From the NCBI GenBank assembly GCA_950097015.1, contig CATNEN010000033.1:620001-684000 (forward strand): a DNA stretch of 64,000 nucleotides. Direction: 5' to 3'. The position numbers and the translations under genes were made by a program. Of the stretch, positions 1 through 12,515 are shown one piece after another. This stretch comes from Macrostomum hystrix. Taxonomy: Eukaryota; Animalia; Platyhelminthes. Position 1 is the stretch's first letter. Each line of letters starts with the position of its first letter. The notes below the pieces were generated by a model. The model did not search any database. It was not told the DNA's origin and saw only the letters and a program-made list of their open reading frames with translations.

Positions 1-292
1 ATTGATGATGCAACATGTTGGATGTTATTTTGTTGCAATGCGGACACGCTAGCACACGTCCACCGGCAGCGACATCTACACCAGCCCGCTGTAGTTGCAG
101 CATCTTCCAGACGGCAATTCCACGCTCCTTAACCGACGCGAATAATGATGGCCGTTGACCAACAGGTAGGACTGTCCAGTCAAACTCGACATGGACAGCT
201 TTATGCGCCTCTATAAAATGTCTTCGCATCATATTGGCGCGGATTTTCTTGCCGCAGAAATGGCAGAAGCGGAGTCCGTTCTTGTCTTCCAT
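1..292 (-). CDS. Zinc-finger protein Z1, 5' part (open frame runs off the window start)
   Basis: ATG at 292 gives MEDKNGLRFCHFCGKKIRANMMRRHFIEAH...CPHCNKITSNMLHHQ, near-identical to 29599..31077; no stop in the window, so absent from the ORF track. Confidence 0.8.
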   Translation of the reverse strand, partial: MEDKNGLRFCHFCGKKIRANMMRRHFIEAHKAVHVEFDWTVLPVGQRPSLFASVKERGIAVWKMLQLQRAGVDVAAGGRVLACPHCNKITSNMLHHQ

Positions 293-703
293 TGCAGCTT
301 AAGTATAGTCGTTCGCTGGCTAGCTTGCTGAATAATCGACAGACTGGGTTGTGACTGACTTTTAATTATCGATTTGCGTGCGCGCGCGCATATATTTACC
401 AAGCAACTGCCCATATTCTGTACAGAGAAGCAGTCGGACACATAGACATAGGCAGACATCGTCAACTGGGTCTAAGCTATTTCCTTATATAGTATTTTCG
501 CAAAAATACTGATATGTTCTTAAACGAAGGTAAGGGCAGTATTTTTGCAAAAGTTCTTGAAATTGGAAAATAATGGCATTTTTCGCGAAAACGCTCATAT
601 GTTCTCAAAAGGAAGGTAACGGCTTTTTGCAACATGCAGTACTCAAAAGAATTAATGATTATTATTTTCACAATATTTTTGCGAAAAAGACGTCTTCTAA
701 AAC

Positions 704-1925
704 GGAGGGGTCGGAGTCCCGAAGGCCCTCATGCAGCTTTTGGCTGAACGTGGGCCAGTCGGTGTTTCTGACATTACGCCTCCAAACAGTCTTTTGCTTC
801 TTATCGGGAGTACCGATGTTGAAGCGGATGAAACGGTGGTCCGAGAGTGAGCTTTCGGTCTCCCACACCTACCACCCCAGCACCCTTGGGAGGATGCCGG
901 GTGAGGCCAGGGTGACGTCCACCACCTCGGCCCACCGCCCATTGTCGAACGTGGGCGTGTTGCCCACATTGCAGAAGTTAAGAGGCGTGCCGCTAACGAA
1001 GGCCAGGAGCTCTTCGCCACGGTCATTAATTTTTGAGCTACCCCAATGGGTGTGATGTGAGTTCACATCTCCCGCGAGGAGCAGCTCAAAGTTACGTGCC
1101 CTGGCGAAATCGCAAAGGGTGACGAGGGGGGCATCGCCTGCCAGGTAGGCGGATGCCACGAGGGTCAGCTTGTTGGGCAAAATATGTGCAGATTGAATGA
1201 CGCAGATGTCCCCGTTAGAAAGATCGGGTCTCATCCACGCATTTAAGGCTTTTGCAGCATAGATCAGAGATCTGGGGCGGACAGAGTCTTCCATGCAAAA
1301 GCAGTCATAGCCAGCAGGAATGTTACTTGGCTTGTTTTTCGATAACCAGGGCTCCTGCACAAGTACAAGGCCTGGCATCATGCGCTCTGTCGTGCGCATC
1401 AGATTGACTGACGCTGCCACGCAGTGCTGGGTGATCCCGGGGATCATCATGCAGGCAGAGGTCTACTTGGAGGGGGACTCAGCCAGAAGGCGGTCCTCCT
1501 CCTCCGGGTCGATGTCGGTAGCCATGGGCTCCTCCGTGCCCCGGCCCCGAGCCAGAGGCGGGAACTCGGCGGGGTCAGCCGCCCAATCCCCACCCCCGGC
1601 CCCGAGCCCAGGCCCACAGTCTCCCTCAACCGGTGCCAACACCGCTTTCTGGGCCGTGGGAGGGGCGCTCGAAGGGCCCTGCTCGTTAGAGCTGGGCACC
1701 TCAGACGCCTCCCCCGTAGCCCTAGGTTGCGGCGCCTGCCCCGGTGGGCCACCGCGCATCTCACTGCGCAGCTGGGTCACCTTGGCGGTTCGCACCACCT
1801 CGGAGGCCCGCTGGAGAAGGCCCCGGCGCTTGGTGGCGCGCGCGGAGCGACGCTCAGAGCTGCCGGCAATGGCGCGCTCTGGCCTTTTTGGCGAGACGAC
1901 TGGGCCCTGCCCCCGCCAACCAGGT
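704..1925 (-). mobile_element. Truncated non-LTR retrotransposon (end of ORF1 plus apurinic endonuclease of ORF2; R1/LOA-like)
   Basis: APE motifs QEPW, SAYL, AGDVNSHH-WGS, N-RGE, NVGNTPTF, DVTL, SDH in 869..1450 and 668..868; no RT; GC-rich block with abrupt ends. Confidence 0.85.
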
Positions 1926-2039
1926 TGGTGACACTCAGTGTTGTGGCTCCTGCACTCATTTTGAATGTTTGACTGCTGATGTCGCTGAAACTCTCGTGCC
2001 ATGGACACTGCTCGCTTCTTAAGCTGATGCAGAACTTTG

Positions 2040-2475
2040 GCTTTAGCCAACTGTAGTACAGCAATGCATTTCTCACAGCACAGCCGCTAGCTGACTCCTT
2101 CGTGGAAGGTGAGCCCAGATCGTCTAGGTTGAATACCTGTCTGCCTAGCAGCTCAGTCTGAAAAATAGATTTTTCCTCTCCGCTTGTCCAAGTAACTCCG
2201 CCTCCAATGCTCACAATGTCATCGGCCAATTGAAAATACGGCCGGCTTCCATCGCTCCACTTGAATTTATGCTGATTCTTCGTGAGCTGACTGTAGTACA
2301 TTCGCATGTCGGGTGACACTCTCTCCCACGGATGCGGTGGGGCGTACACATGGTGGGAAATGTGGTAGCTTCCCTTTTTTACTTCGAGGACTGCCAGCTC
2401 CTTCACGATGAAGTCATCATTCTCTCCATCGCACGGGAAGCCTTGAATGTCTATGTACGAGTAGTTCATGCTCAA
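2040..2475 (-). CDS. Polinton-associated protein with DEDD-nuclease-like N-terminus
   Basis: YIDIQGF...FIVKELAV...HKFKWSDG...CAVRNALL; the ORF reads on into unrelated downstream sequence. Confidence 0.6.
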
Positions 2476-2794
2476 GTGCGGGTGCCTTAAAACCAGCAGA
2501 ATTCGACTGTGCTGCCTTTCTTAAATACTTTTTCTTCCCCTATTCAACCTCAGCCACGCAGACTTGCTGCCCAGTCTTTTGGTTGAAGGCTGTGCGTCTT
2601 TGCTCTCAATTGGCTCCAGAATTTCTTTTTGTACAGATTTTCCTACGGCTGACATTGGCACATTGAGATTCTTTTGACGAAGCAAGTCACTGAAAGCAGC
2701 CCATCCCACAGGCTCACTAGAACTTTTTGAGTCCTTCACTGTGTGCAGAATTAGATCTACTATGTTTGAGGCAGGGATCAAGTTCCCAGAAATA

Positions 2795-4436
2795 TAGCAT
2801 TTCCCATTCAATTTGGTCCTACGAGCAATCAATTTAGTCCAAAAGGGGAAAGAGACACACGAAGTCAGAGAGACTCTTGGGTTCTATGGCCAAAACTGCC
2901 GTTTCGTTCCATTCAATTTAATCTTGGGGGCACTCAATTTCGCACAAACCAACCAAAGCCTATGTACATAGGACATCATAAATTCAAACCTACAGGGAAC
3001 GAAACACAGAACAGAACAGAGGAAGCCAACAGATCATCATGCTGATTTGTTTGTTCTGAACGTGAAAAAAATTCAGAGAATAGGCACGCCATTGATGCAC
3101 CGCGGGATAAATCGCATCATTTCGCGATGCCACCCTCCGCACTTTGCAGCAGTCACCGAATCTGTCGCCTCCTCTGCAATCCTCGTCAGCACCACAATTC
3201 TCCATTGGCAGAGTGTCAGCTCAGGAGGCGGGTGGTCCAGTTCTTGGTGAACGTTCGGACGCGCCAGCTGCTGCTTAATCACGGTCTTGAGGCAGCTGTG
3301 TGCACATTCCACTGGATTGAGGAACGGCGAATAGGGCGGAAGGGTTGCCGTCTGCCATGTGTCACGAAGTTCCTCTGGAATCTGCACGCCGTTGTGGAAT
3401 CGCGCTCCATCCATGACGATGCTGAAGCGCTGTCCATCTTGGAAATCTTCGCGAGCCATTACACTGGCAATGAGGTGTCCGATGCACCCTTGGAATGTCA
3501 AAGCCGTCATTGTCTCTGCGATGATCTCGTGATGTACAAGTCCCAAAATCGGGGAGATGGCTTGGAAGATGTTGACCTGTACTCCTCTCTGAGTATGAAT
3601 CACGCGACGAACTCTCTGTCCCCTCCGACTGCGGCCCTGTCCACGCCGTGTCCACAGATTGAAACCCGTCTCGTCCACGTAAATCACATGGCAATCGGCT
3701 GGCAAGCCCAGAAGCCATTCAACAAACTCCCGCCTGCGCGCAATGTTCTCGGGGCTGTTCCGGGCCACCGGAACGTCGGCATCCCGGCCGAGAGACTTGA
3801 GTGTGATCAACTGCTTGTCCAGCTGACGAGCCATCGTGCTTGTGCCAACTTCAACTCCGTGGCGATTGTGCAATTCCTGCCGCATCTGCTGAAGGGTCCA
3901 CAACGGGTTCTCTTCGAGAAGTTGAACCAACGCGTGTGCGTGTTCCTCCTGCAACTTCACGTGACGCCTGCCACCTTTCGATGCACGATGTCGTTCGCCA
4001 GTTGTCTCGTACCGTCTTCGAATTGAATAAATGGTCCGGATCTTCACGTTCGTCCACTGAGCAATTGCTGATGGCGTTTCACCGCGATCAAGCGCCTGTA
4101 TGATCAAGGAGTACTGGTCTTTGCCGATTTTATCGTATGGTCCGCGTCCTTGAGGCAGTTCCTCTTCCTCACTCGCTGAGCTTGCGCCGCTTTCCGAATC
4201 GCTCATCATTCGGACAGCTCAGACAGCTAAGTCTAGTTCGCACCACAGAATATGATTAGCACTGAGACAGATGGGCCTATGACTTGTGCGAAATTGAGTG
4301 CCCCCAGGATTAAATTGAATGGAACGAAACGGCAGTTTTGGCCATAGAACCCCAGAGTCTCTCTGACTTCGTGTGTCTCTTTCCCCTTTAGGACTAAATT
4401 GATTGCTCGTAGGACCAAATTGAATGGGAAATGCTA
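2795..4436 (-). mobile_element. IS630/Tc1/mariner-superfamily DNA transposon, complete
   Basis: 153-bp TIRs 2795..2947 and 4284..4436 (3 mismatches seen); TA duplication at 2793-94 and 4437-38; single transposase ORF. Confidence 0.95.
3073..4209 (-). CDS. DDE transposase (378 aa) with HTH domain
   Basis: YVDETGF, VMDGARFH, LPPYSPFLNPVE (D-x33-E); uninterrupted ORF. Confidence 0.93.
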   Translation of the reverse strand: MMSDSESGASSASEEEELPQGRGPYDKIGKDQYSLIIQALDRGETPSAIAQWTNVKIRTIYSIRRRYETTGERHRASKGGRRHVKLQEEHAHALVQLLEENPLWTLQQMRQELHNRHGVEVGTSTMARQLDKQLITLKSLGRDADVPVARNSPENIARRREFVEWLLGLPADCHVIYVDETGFNLWTRRGQGRSRRGQRVRRVIHTQRGVQVNIFQAISPILGLVHHEIIAETMTALTFQGCIGHLIASVMAREDFQDGQRFSIVMDGARFHNGVQIPEELRDTWQTATLPPYSPFLNPVECAHSCLKTVIKQQLARPNVHQELDHPPPELTLCQWRIVVLTRIAEEATDSVTAAKCGGWHREMMRFIPRCINGVPIL

Positions 4437-4925
4437 TATTCACCTCCCCATTATCGGACACCCGGATGGCAGACTCGGTGCCAGGTGCCAGATAGGGTGG
4501 CCCATAGACTGCGAGCCCTGGGTTTGAACTTCTGTGGCACTTACTGGCAGATCTTTTCTTCCCAGCTCCTTAGTGGCGTCTCAGCTTTCACCATCTTCGC
4601 TTTCTTGTCTTCAGATGCAGTTTCCTTCCCTGCCTGCTTTCGCTTTGACAGCAAGTTCTTCATGGCACTCTGGTACAGGGCTGTCTTCATATCATCTGGG
4701 CAGTCTTGGGCCAACAGGATATCATCACATTTCATCTGTGCCTGCTTTATGGCCGTGTCACTCACAGACTCAATGGGCTTGGCACTCCTCCTCAGCATTT
4801 CATACTCGGACCCTGAGATCAGAACGATCTCATTGAATTTGTGCATCTCTTTTCCTCTTCTTTTTCACAAGTTTCAGCAGAGTGGGGAGGATTCTGATAA
4901 AAGAAGCTTTGAGTAAGTCACTCTG

Positions 4926-5153
4926 TTATCTTTGCCGGGGAATTCTGCGGATTATATTTTTAGATTTCAATAGCGTCGTCTTTTCAACAAGAGAAAATGG
5001 CAAATTCTCTTTCAAAAGGTTGTAACAGGCCTCGACAAGAAAAGTGCAAGCTTCTTTCGGACTCAGCTTTATAATTGCACGCTTGAGGCTAATTGTATAT
5101 TTGGGAGAGGCAAGGACTTCAAATAAACTTTGATGAGCTTCGAACAGTTCCAT
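4926..5153 (-). CDS. Small conserved Polinton protein
   Basis: LVEACYNLLKENLPFS...LLKSKNIIRRI pattern next to the ATPase. Confidence 0.55.
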   Translation of the reverse strand: MELFEAHQSLFEVLASPKYTISLKRAIIKLSPKEACTFLVEACYNLLKENLPFSLVEKTTLLKSKNIIRRIPRQR

Positions 5154-5196
5154 AGTTGCAATAATTCAGGCTAATAGCATTTTTCAACCTATATTC

Positions 5197-5847
5197 TTAA
5201 GCATAAACCAGATGTGGCCTCTGATTGGGCAGAATTCTGGCTCGCACTCGCAGCTCATCGGGAGTGCAAGGGTGAAAGTCCAGAAACAGGTAGCCCCCCC
5301 CTGCCCTGCGCTGTGACATGCTTGAACACCTCAAGCAGGAAGCCAGGCTTCTCTGGAAAGCACTGCCTGCCCAATGCAGCGATCTGCAGCTGGTCTCTGG
5401 GGTTTTTAAGGATCACATAGTACATCGCGTTCAAGCTCATGGTCCGCAACTCCTTGCCCTTGAAAAACATATTCTGAGTGAGCATTACAAGAAAGCATGG
5501 CAGGTGATGGGCGAGTCCAGTGAAAATATTTCGCATTGAAGCAGAGTTAGAAGTTTCATCAATCATGTCATCAAAAATGACCAGATCATTGCTCATCAAA
5601 GTGCTCTCAAAGTTAGTGGGTAATCCCTGATACAATTGCACACCAAGACTGCTCAGCTCTGCATGCGCTGGCTGTGCGATCCCATAGTACCAGAGCACTC
5701 TCCCAGGCTGGATGTCGAATAATACATCCTACTATACTAAATGTTTTGCTTCACGAAGGTTGTCTTTCCAGCATTGGTGGGTCCGCAGACCATCATGCAG
5801 CTGCCCTGTTGCAGGCGGACATCATAGTACACTCTTTCTGACTCCAT
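5197..5847 (-). pseudogene. Polinton A32/FtsK-like packaging ATPase A (frameshifted)
   Basis: Walker A CGPTNAGKTT near 5790, VIFDDM, LTQNMF, KNPRD, C-terminal GYLFLDFHP; frameshifts near 5735 and 5300. Confidence 0.85.
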
Positions 5848-8408
5848 CTCACTTAGGCTTTATTTCAACTATTTCTTTTTCGCCATGAACCTCTTTTTCT
5901 TAAGCTGGCTTCAAACTGACAAAGCATTCTGTCATTCAACGGGCAGTTTTCTTTCACGTGTAGATTTCGCAGAATCCATTCGAATGAATGAATGATTCGA
6001 ATTGCTTCAAAACAAATATTTGAAATGCAAAATAGAGACAGAAAAGTCCGCACTTGTCTGACTGACTGCATTGGATTCGGTTCGGAAAGGAAACTTGAAT
6101 TTATTAGCAAAAAATTGTGGATGGCACTCAGAGTCTGTGCATTCCAACCGAGAGAATCAAATAATTCAAATACATTTCCATTGTCAACAAAACTGCATGT
6201 CCTAGATGTTATTTCATTTAAATATATAATTTCTATAATTTCTATAGAAAATGTTCTGTCCACATAAGATAAACCATTATAAACTAACAATTTTCTTTGG
6301 TTTTGTGATGTCTTACTTTTGTATCTGTACATAAATTGAAAGGCAAATATCTTAAGCATCTGGTGGGCCCTTTATGAGCTAAGAATGCAAGAACCATGAT
6401 TTGTATTTCCATAGTTGTCAATCTAAGAAATATACTTATTATATTTGCATAACAACCACTTAAACCTAGATTAAGCAAGCTTCAACAAACTAGCTAATAC
6501 AGTTATTAAATAAATTTTATATTTAGCGTATTTATCCAATATAAGTGATATATCACTAATATTCATTTTATTCCAAGCTCTATCAAACAGAAAATAAAAA
6601 ACCAGTTATAAGTGTAGGCAGTCTACAGGGAATATATAAGGGCCTATATATATAGGCCTATGATTAGAACTATAGTTCTGCAGCAAAGAACTGTTAGTCA
6701 ATACAAGGTCCATATATGAAAACCAATGATTCAATAGCAATGTTGTTCAGCAAATATCAGACGCAAAAACGAAGCATATATACATGGTCATGGTTTACTA
6801 TATGCATTTGTATTACGCCTACAGGGTGGAAAATAATTTGTAATATATATAGAAAAACATGGTAACATGCCAATGGAATATCCTCGCATCTTAGATGTGT
6901 TGCGTGCTTATAAGCTAAGCTATCATATATACAACATAGCCATGAAAGTCAGCCACCCGTTCTTCGGCTGGCCATGTGCCGGCATGTAGAGCGGCAATTT
7001 TAAAAGTAAAATGTAGAATTTAAAGTAAAATTTTAAAATGTAGTATGGGTTAGCAGAACCCTGCCGACACTGGGGAGATAGGAGGGCGGCCTAATGCATT
7101 TGAATGGGGGAGGGGTTGCCTATCCCAGAGCAGAGGACACAGCCGACACTGTGGAGATAGGAGGAGAGGCCGGCCTATCTCTTTGCATTGGGGAGGGGTT
7201 AACACAGCACAGCTTGAGTGCTGGCGGAAAGACAGCCGCAGCAGCTGCAGCGGCTGTCTTTTCTTCACCATTGGAGGTGGCAACTGCAACTGCCATCAGT
7301 TCCTCGAGCTCGGTTGCTCCAGCATGCATATCGGATGCTTCAGTGGAACCCGGTGTAGATAATCTATGTCTGGATGTCAGCTTTGGAGTTCTCGAGCGTG
7401 TTCTCGCAGAAGCTGGGATAATGGAGCCACTCTGCAGGAGCTACATCTGCTGACGCTGCTGTTTGTGCTTATTCAGGTGAGCCTGCAACGGCTGTTCAAG
7501 ATGCAAATGATGCAGAGCAGGCCGCACTTCTGACGCTCCCTACCGCTGGAGTTGTTTTTCAACTGCCAAGCGTTAGTGGCAACGGATACACAGTTACTTT
7601 GGAGGGCAATCGCATCATAATTATTCCACTATGATGTATTCGGATGCTGAGAGCATGCTTCATTTGAACTTCGGGCCTATGCTTGCTGGAATTTAAGGCT
7701 TTCTTTTTGGTCTTTATTTTTTGCTTAATCCTAGCAATCTTTTATTAGCACAACTGAATATTCAATGAAAATAGTAGCTTCCATTTTTCTTACTCTCGTA
7801 TCTTCCATTCTCGTAGCTTCCATTTTTCCTACTCTCGTATCAGTCGTTTTGGAAGCCTTTAAGCACAGTACAGTAGCAATTTTACCCATGCCTGCCAATG
7901 CTGATTTTCTATTCTCATTTATGCAATTTCTTCAACCTTCCTCAAGCGTGTTGTACATTTTTATTCCGTACTCGATAATTTGCGCGATTGTTAAAAGTTT
8001 TTCCAAGGTTATTTCTTATTTTTTACTTAGCTAATTTGTTATACTACTGAAATAAATATATTTACGAAGCGGTGATGGTTCAGTGTCAGAATATAAGATG
8101 GAATGATTATTATTTTTCCTTTCATGTGCAAAAATCTAAGCAGTCCATTGGAAATTGTATAGATGGATCTGATGTCTCAGTTTGGGCGTTTATTTAAGTT
8201 CGTTCTAAGTCTATAAACAGAAAATTACTACTTAGCAGGCAGGTAAATCTGGTGGACTCAAACTTTGCCTTAAACTTCCTGGGCTCGAAAAAATCGGCAA
8301 AGATTTAGACAGATATAGATTTCTTATGAGAAACTGATGCTGTACTCAAACAGCTCGAACTCATCACTTGAGATATATTTTGGAGTGCCTTTCATTATCA
8401 CCACGATA

Positions 8409-8610
8409 TCTCATGCTACGCACATTTGAATTCTTACGGCTCAGTTTATGCTGCTACTTTTCCAGTCTAGAAATAATCATAGCTCTCACCTCGAGACAGA
8501 GCACTCATCTGGTGATGATGATGATGAGCACTCCTGGCTGCAAGAAGAACACTCTTGGCTGCAAGAAAAACACTCTTGGCTGTAAGAATTCAAATGTGCG
8601 TAGTATGATA
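8409..8610. repeat. ~32-bp inverted repeat enclosing three 21-bp tandem units at the broken end of the Gypsy element
   Basis: TCTCATGCTACGCACATTTGAATTCTTACGGC versus GCTGTAAGAATTCAAATGTGCGTAGTATGATA; CACTCTTGGCTGCAAGAAGAA-like unit x3. Confidence 0.7.
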
Positions 8611-8619
8611 GTTTCTGGG

Positions 8620-11528
8620 CTATAAGTGGTGACGTCAAACCGCAGGCGCGAGAGAGCATCGGCATGTGGAATGCTGCTACCTCGAACGTATTTGATCTCG
8701 AAATCAAACTGCATTAGGTGCAGTGCCCAACGACAAATCCTGGCAGACGTGTTCAGCGGAATACCTCCGCGGAAAAGTCGAGTCAAAGGCTGGTGATCGG
8801 TGTCGATGGTAAAGTGACGGCCATGGAGGAAGTGCTTCAGTCGTGAAACGGCCCAAAAATGGCTAGGGCTTCACGTTCGATGTTAGAATAATTTGATTCA
8901 GCCGATGACAGCGTCCTTGATACGTAAATGACGGGATGCCATTCCTAGGTAATGACGGCTGCTATGGAATGTTTTGAAGCATCCGTTGTAAGCGTCAGTT
9001 CCTTAGAAAGGCTGTAAGGTTGCACAATTGGAGCGCTCGCGATTTCAGCTTTGAGACTCTCAAAAGCCTGGGAGCACTCATTCGACCAATTAAAGGGAAC
9101 GTTGGCCTTTCTTAACTCGTTTAGCGGTGCAGTCTTTCCGGCGAAGTTCGGGATGAGCCTCCCAAAGAAATTTACTAGTCCAAGAAAGCTGGCTAGTTCC
9201 GATTTGTTCGAAGGGACGGACACTTGCTTGACTTTCTCGACCAACCGTTCGTCGGGCTGAATTCCAGCGGCTGAGATTTTAAACCCTAGAAAGGATATCG
9301 AATCGCTGTAGTTGACGCATTTCGACTCGTTGACTGTGAGTCGCTTTTCGGCAAGGCGCGTTCGCACCGCGGACAGTCGCTTTTCCAGGACAGCGGCATC
9401 TGGGGCATGAACCAGGATGTCATCTTGATAGATTAATAATCCCTTGATGTCGGTTAGGATGGCCTCCATGGTTCTCTGGAAGATGAACGAAGCGTTCTTC
9501 ATCCCCATTTGCAATCTGTTGACCCGATATAAACCGCGAGACGTGTTGATGATGGACAGGTCTCGTGCTGCTTCGTCCAGTTCAATCTGCCAATAGGCAG
9601 CGCGGTCCAGCGCGAAGATCCACCGTAGCGAAGACCTTGGCGTTCTTCAAGCGAGAGAATATGACTTCTACATTTGGGATTGGGTGTGAGTCGGATTTGA
9701 TTTTTTCATTGACGTGTACGCTGTAGTCGGCGCACATGCGCAACGTCCCATCCTTTTTCTTTACCCATACGACGGGCGATGCGTTGCTCACGGGCCCCTC
9801 GATTGGTTCAATTATTCCTAGGTGTTGCAAGCGGTCCAGCTCCGCATTGACTTGCTCCTCTATGGCAATGGGTACTGCACGAGCCCGGCAGAACTTCGGC
9901 TTGGCACCTTCGACGAGTTCCATGCGTGCCTTTATCCCTCTTATTGCAGGCAAGGGTTGTTGGCCACTGCGGCTAAGGCTTGAAGATGCAGGCGAGGCGT
10001 GAAAAAGGCCATCGGAATCTAGTAAGTCGCGGCCAAGCAAGCCGTATGGCTTGTTCGAGGCGACTACGATCAGTTCTGCCATGGATGCAGGCGACCGCGC
10101 AGCTAGCTCTACGGCAGCTGAGAGCTTCCCCAGCGAATGCATCACATGGCCGTCGAATGCTTCGAGTCGACGAGAGCACTTCTGGAGCTGCAGCCGGCCA
10201 AGTGACGTCCATTGTGAGCTTGAGAGCACCGAGACGGAGGCTCCGGTGTCGATTTGCATGTTTACTGGCTTGCCGTCAATGGCTATGGGCTCGGTGACAA
10301 CGCCGATAGCATGCACATAGTCCGCATCGCAGATGTGCATCAGGGGATCTGTGGCCCTTTCGTTGGGACTTGCGTCCTGATCCATTGAATTGGCGGCATA
10401 ATGCACCAGACGAGAGGATGACGAGCGGCATACATTGGCAAAATGGTTCTTCTTGCCGCACTTAGAGCAGTATTTACCAAAGGCAGGGCACCGGCCCTCA
10501 GAATGCGACTTCCCGCAGTAGCGGCAGTCACGGACACGCCGAGTGCTGGAGTATTTTGAATTCTGAGGTTGTTCGGGGTGCCGCGAGTGAGAAAAGTGTA
10601 CTGTGGACTCGCAGTCCGGATTCGCTGATAAGCTCGCTGCTGAGAGCTGAGGGGGAGGGGCGCTTTCGGCGATCGGGCGAGCTTGATTAGTTGTCGAGAC
10701 AAAGGATGACATCTGTTCCTGAGTACGAATAAAGTCTGAAATTTCCAAGACTGTCATAGGCTTGATCTGCATAGCTTCGAGCACGCGTTGCTGTACGCGA
10801 GAGTCACAGAGGCCAGGGACTAAGGCCATATTTATTAACTCGTCAGAAGGACTGCTAGCTGTCTTTAAGTCGTCAAAATTACAGTCCTTCGCAGCCTGAC
10901 GTAGGCGACTCACGAAGTCGGTAATGGACTCTTTTGGTGCTTGTCGAACCGAGAAGAAGCGAACACGTTCGGCAATAGTAAGTTTTTCTTTGGGTCGCAA
11001 ATAATTCAGCAATTCCTCTTGAATTTCTGTGAATGCCAGATCAGTAATGGCTCGCGGCGAGATTAGATTCTGTAACTTTTCCACAGCGCTGAGGCCGCAA
11101 CAGGCTAGGAAGTTGTCAGCAATGTATTTCCTGTCGTTCTTGTCTTCCCATCCTTTGGCGCGAGCTAACGCCTCGAAAGCGATGAGCCAAGTCTGCGCGC
11201 GAGCCGCATGTTCCAGAGGCAGTTCGCCAAGGCTACGCGACGCCATTGATGTGTCTGTAGCTTGCACCTCAATGGAGACGAAGTAATGCTTAATGGGAGT
11301 GTGACATGAAGTCCTTTTTGGTGGGTGTATTTGTAACAAGACTTTCTTTATATGTAAACATGCTGAGGGGATCCACAGAGATGCATTTCTGTGGGCTGCG
11401 GAACATAGACAAAAGGAGCAGAGCGTAACTTAAGTGTGTGATGGCTGACAAATAAAAGTCCATTAGCATTGGGGCTGGGATACAAGTTCAGCATGCAACA
11501 GTATGGCATATTATTTGTTACATCTTCA
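8620..11528 (-). mobile_element. gag-pol: Ty3/Gypsy LTR retrotransposon, degenerate, lacking integrase and 3' LTR
   Basis: Gag Zn knuckles CRYCGKSH/CSKCGKKNH, protease IDTGAS, RT (ADY, YQDDIL, FLGLVNFF), RNase H (TDAS, EREALAI, TDHQPL, ADALSR); frameshift near 9600, TAG at 8945; unpaired candidate 5' LTR ~11247-11528. Confidence 0.92.
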
Positions 11529-11564
11529 TATCCACTATACTAAAAATGAAATGCTTGGTTGGTT

Positions 11565-12050
11565 GGTTGGTTGGTTGGTTGTAATTGATTTTCTCCCGAA
11601 CGGCTCAACCGATTTTCACCATTTCTTCACCAAAAGATGCTAAATATGGGGACAATTATACACGTATTTTTATTAAGCTTAACTTTCTTGCTAAAGGGAT
11701 TAAATATTCGAAAAACATGATTTTTTCAAAGGTCAAACCATCTTGGCCTATTGAGAATTTTACTCACTGCCACTGAATTAGAATTGCGTCGTCAAATTGC
11801 GCAACAACCCCTAGCTGATTGAATTTGAAGCCTGCACTCTGGAGACAAATTTGAAATAAATGTACACAACCAACCGCGAGACTGAGTGTACTCTATTTTC
11901 TCACTTTGTTGTACAAAGCCAGAACTTCCCCAGTTATTCATTTTCTTTTTATATTCATTCATTCATTTTATAAGGCTGATTTTTGCACCCACTAACCAAC
12001 AGTCGGAATAGCCGATGTGGAGGCACTAGGAATAAGTTAGGCTAGGCTAG
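11565..12050 (+). mobile_element. Possible non-autonomous Helitron/Helentron-like repeat
   Basis: (TTGG)n followed by CTCCCGAACGGCTCAACCGATTTTCACC, resembling cores of such elements; ends not verified. Confidence 0.3.
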
Positions 12051-12194
12051 GGTTCGATTCTGCACTGCGTCAAATCATTTAGACTAATTTTCTGCCAGTA
12101 GTGATTGAAGATTATTTTAATTTATTTTTATCATTTCGTAAATAAAATATCATTAACCATAGAAAATCTGAGTTTGAATCATTGCAAAAACAGC

Positions 12195-12515
12195 GTCTGA
12201 ACCATGGCTAACCCAGCGTTTGAATCATGGCTAAACCAGAGTTTGAATCATGGCTAAACTGGAGTCTGAATCATGGCTAAACCATAGTCTGAATCATGGC
12301 TAAACCAGAGAATGAATCATGGCAAAACTGGAGTCTGAATCATGGCTAAACCATAGTCTGAATCATGGCTAAACCAGATCTTGAATCATGGCTAAACCAG
12401 AGCTTGAATCATGGCTAAACCAGAGCTTGAATCAAGGCTAAACCAGCGTTTGAATCATGGCTAAACCAGAGTTTGAATCATGGCTAAACCAGAGTTTGAA
12501 ACATGGCTAAACCAG
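12195..12515. repeat. ~20-bp minisatellite TGAATCATGGCTAAACCAGA(G/C)T
   Basis: Direct tandem copies visible. Confidence 0.9.

Larger units (their letters stand above)
2521..4846 (-). pseudogene. Conserved Polinton gene split by the Tc1-like insertion
   Basis: Removing 2795..4438 rejoins SDNGEVNI to SGNLIPASNIVDLILH...EPVGWAAF...NVPMSAVG; extra stop and frameshift near 4460-4543. Confidence 0.75.
1930..5847 (-). mobile_element. Polinton/Maverick remnant A (4-5 degenerate genes, interrupted by a Tc1-like element)
   Basis: Co-oriented packaging ATPase, small conserved ORF 4926..5153, SNIVDL/PVGW-F/NVP gene and IDIQGF/FIVKELAV gene, all typical of Polintons. Confidence 0.8.

Noticed and set aside
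5860-8050. Possible decayed hAT-like transposase (VDRTFSI, ASIGPKFK, ALAGMGKI fragments on the minus strand)
   Set aside because: Fragments are short, stop-ridden and could be chance; no termini found
11247-11528. Defined LTR with PBS
   Set aside because: No second LTR to pair with; two alternative TG..CA boundaries; kept only as a candidate
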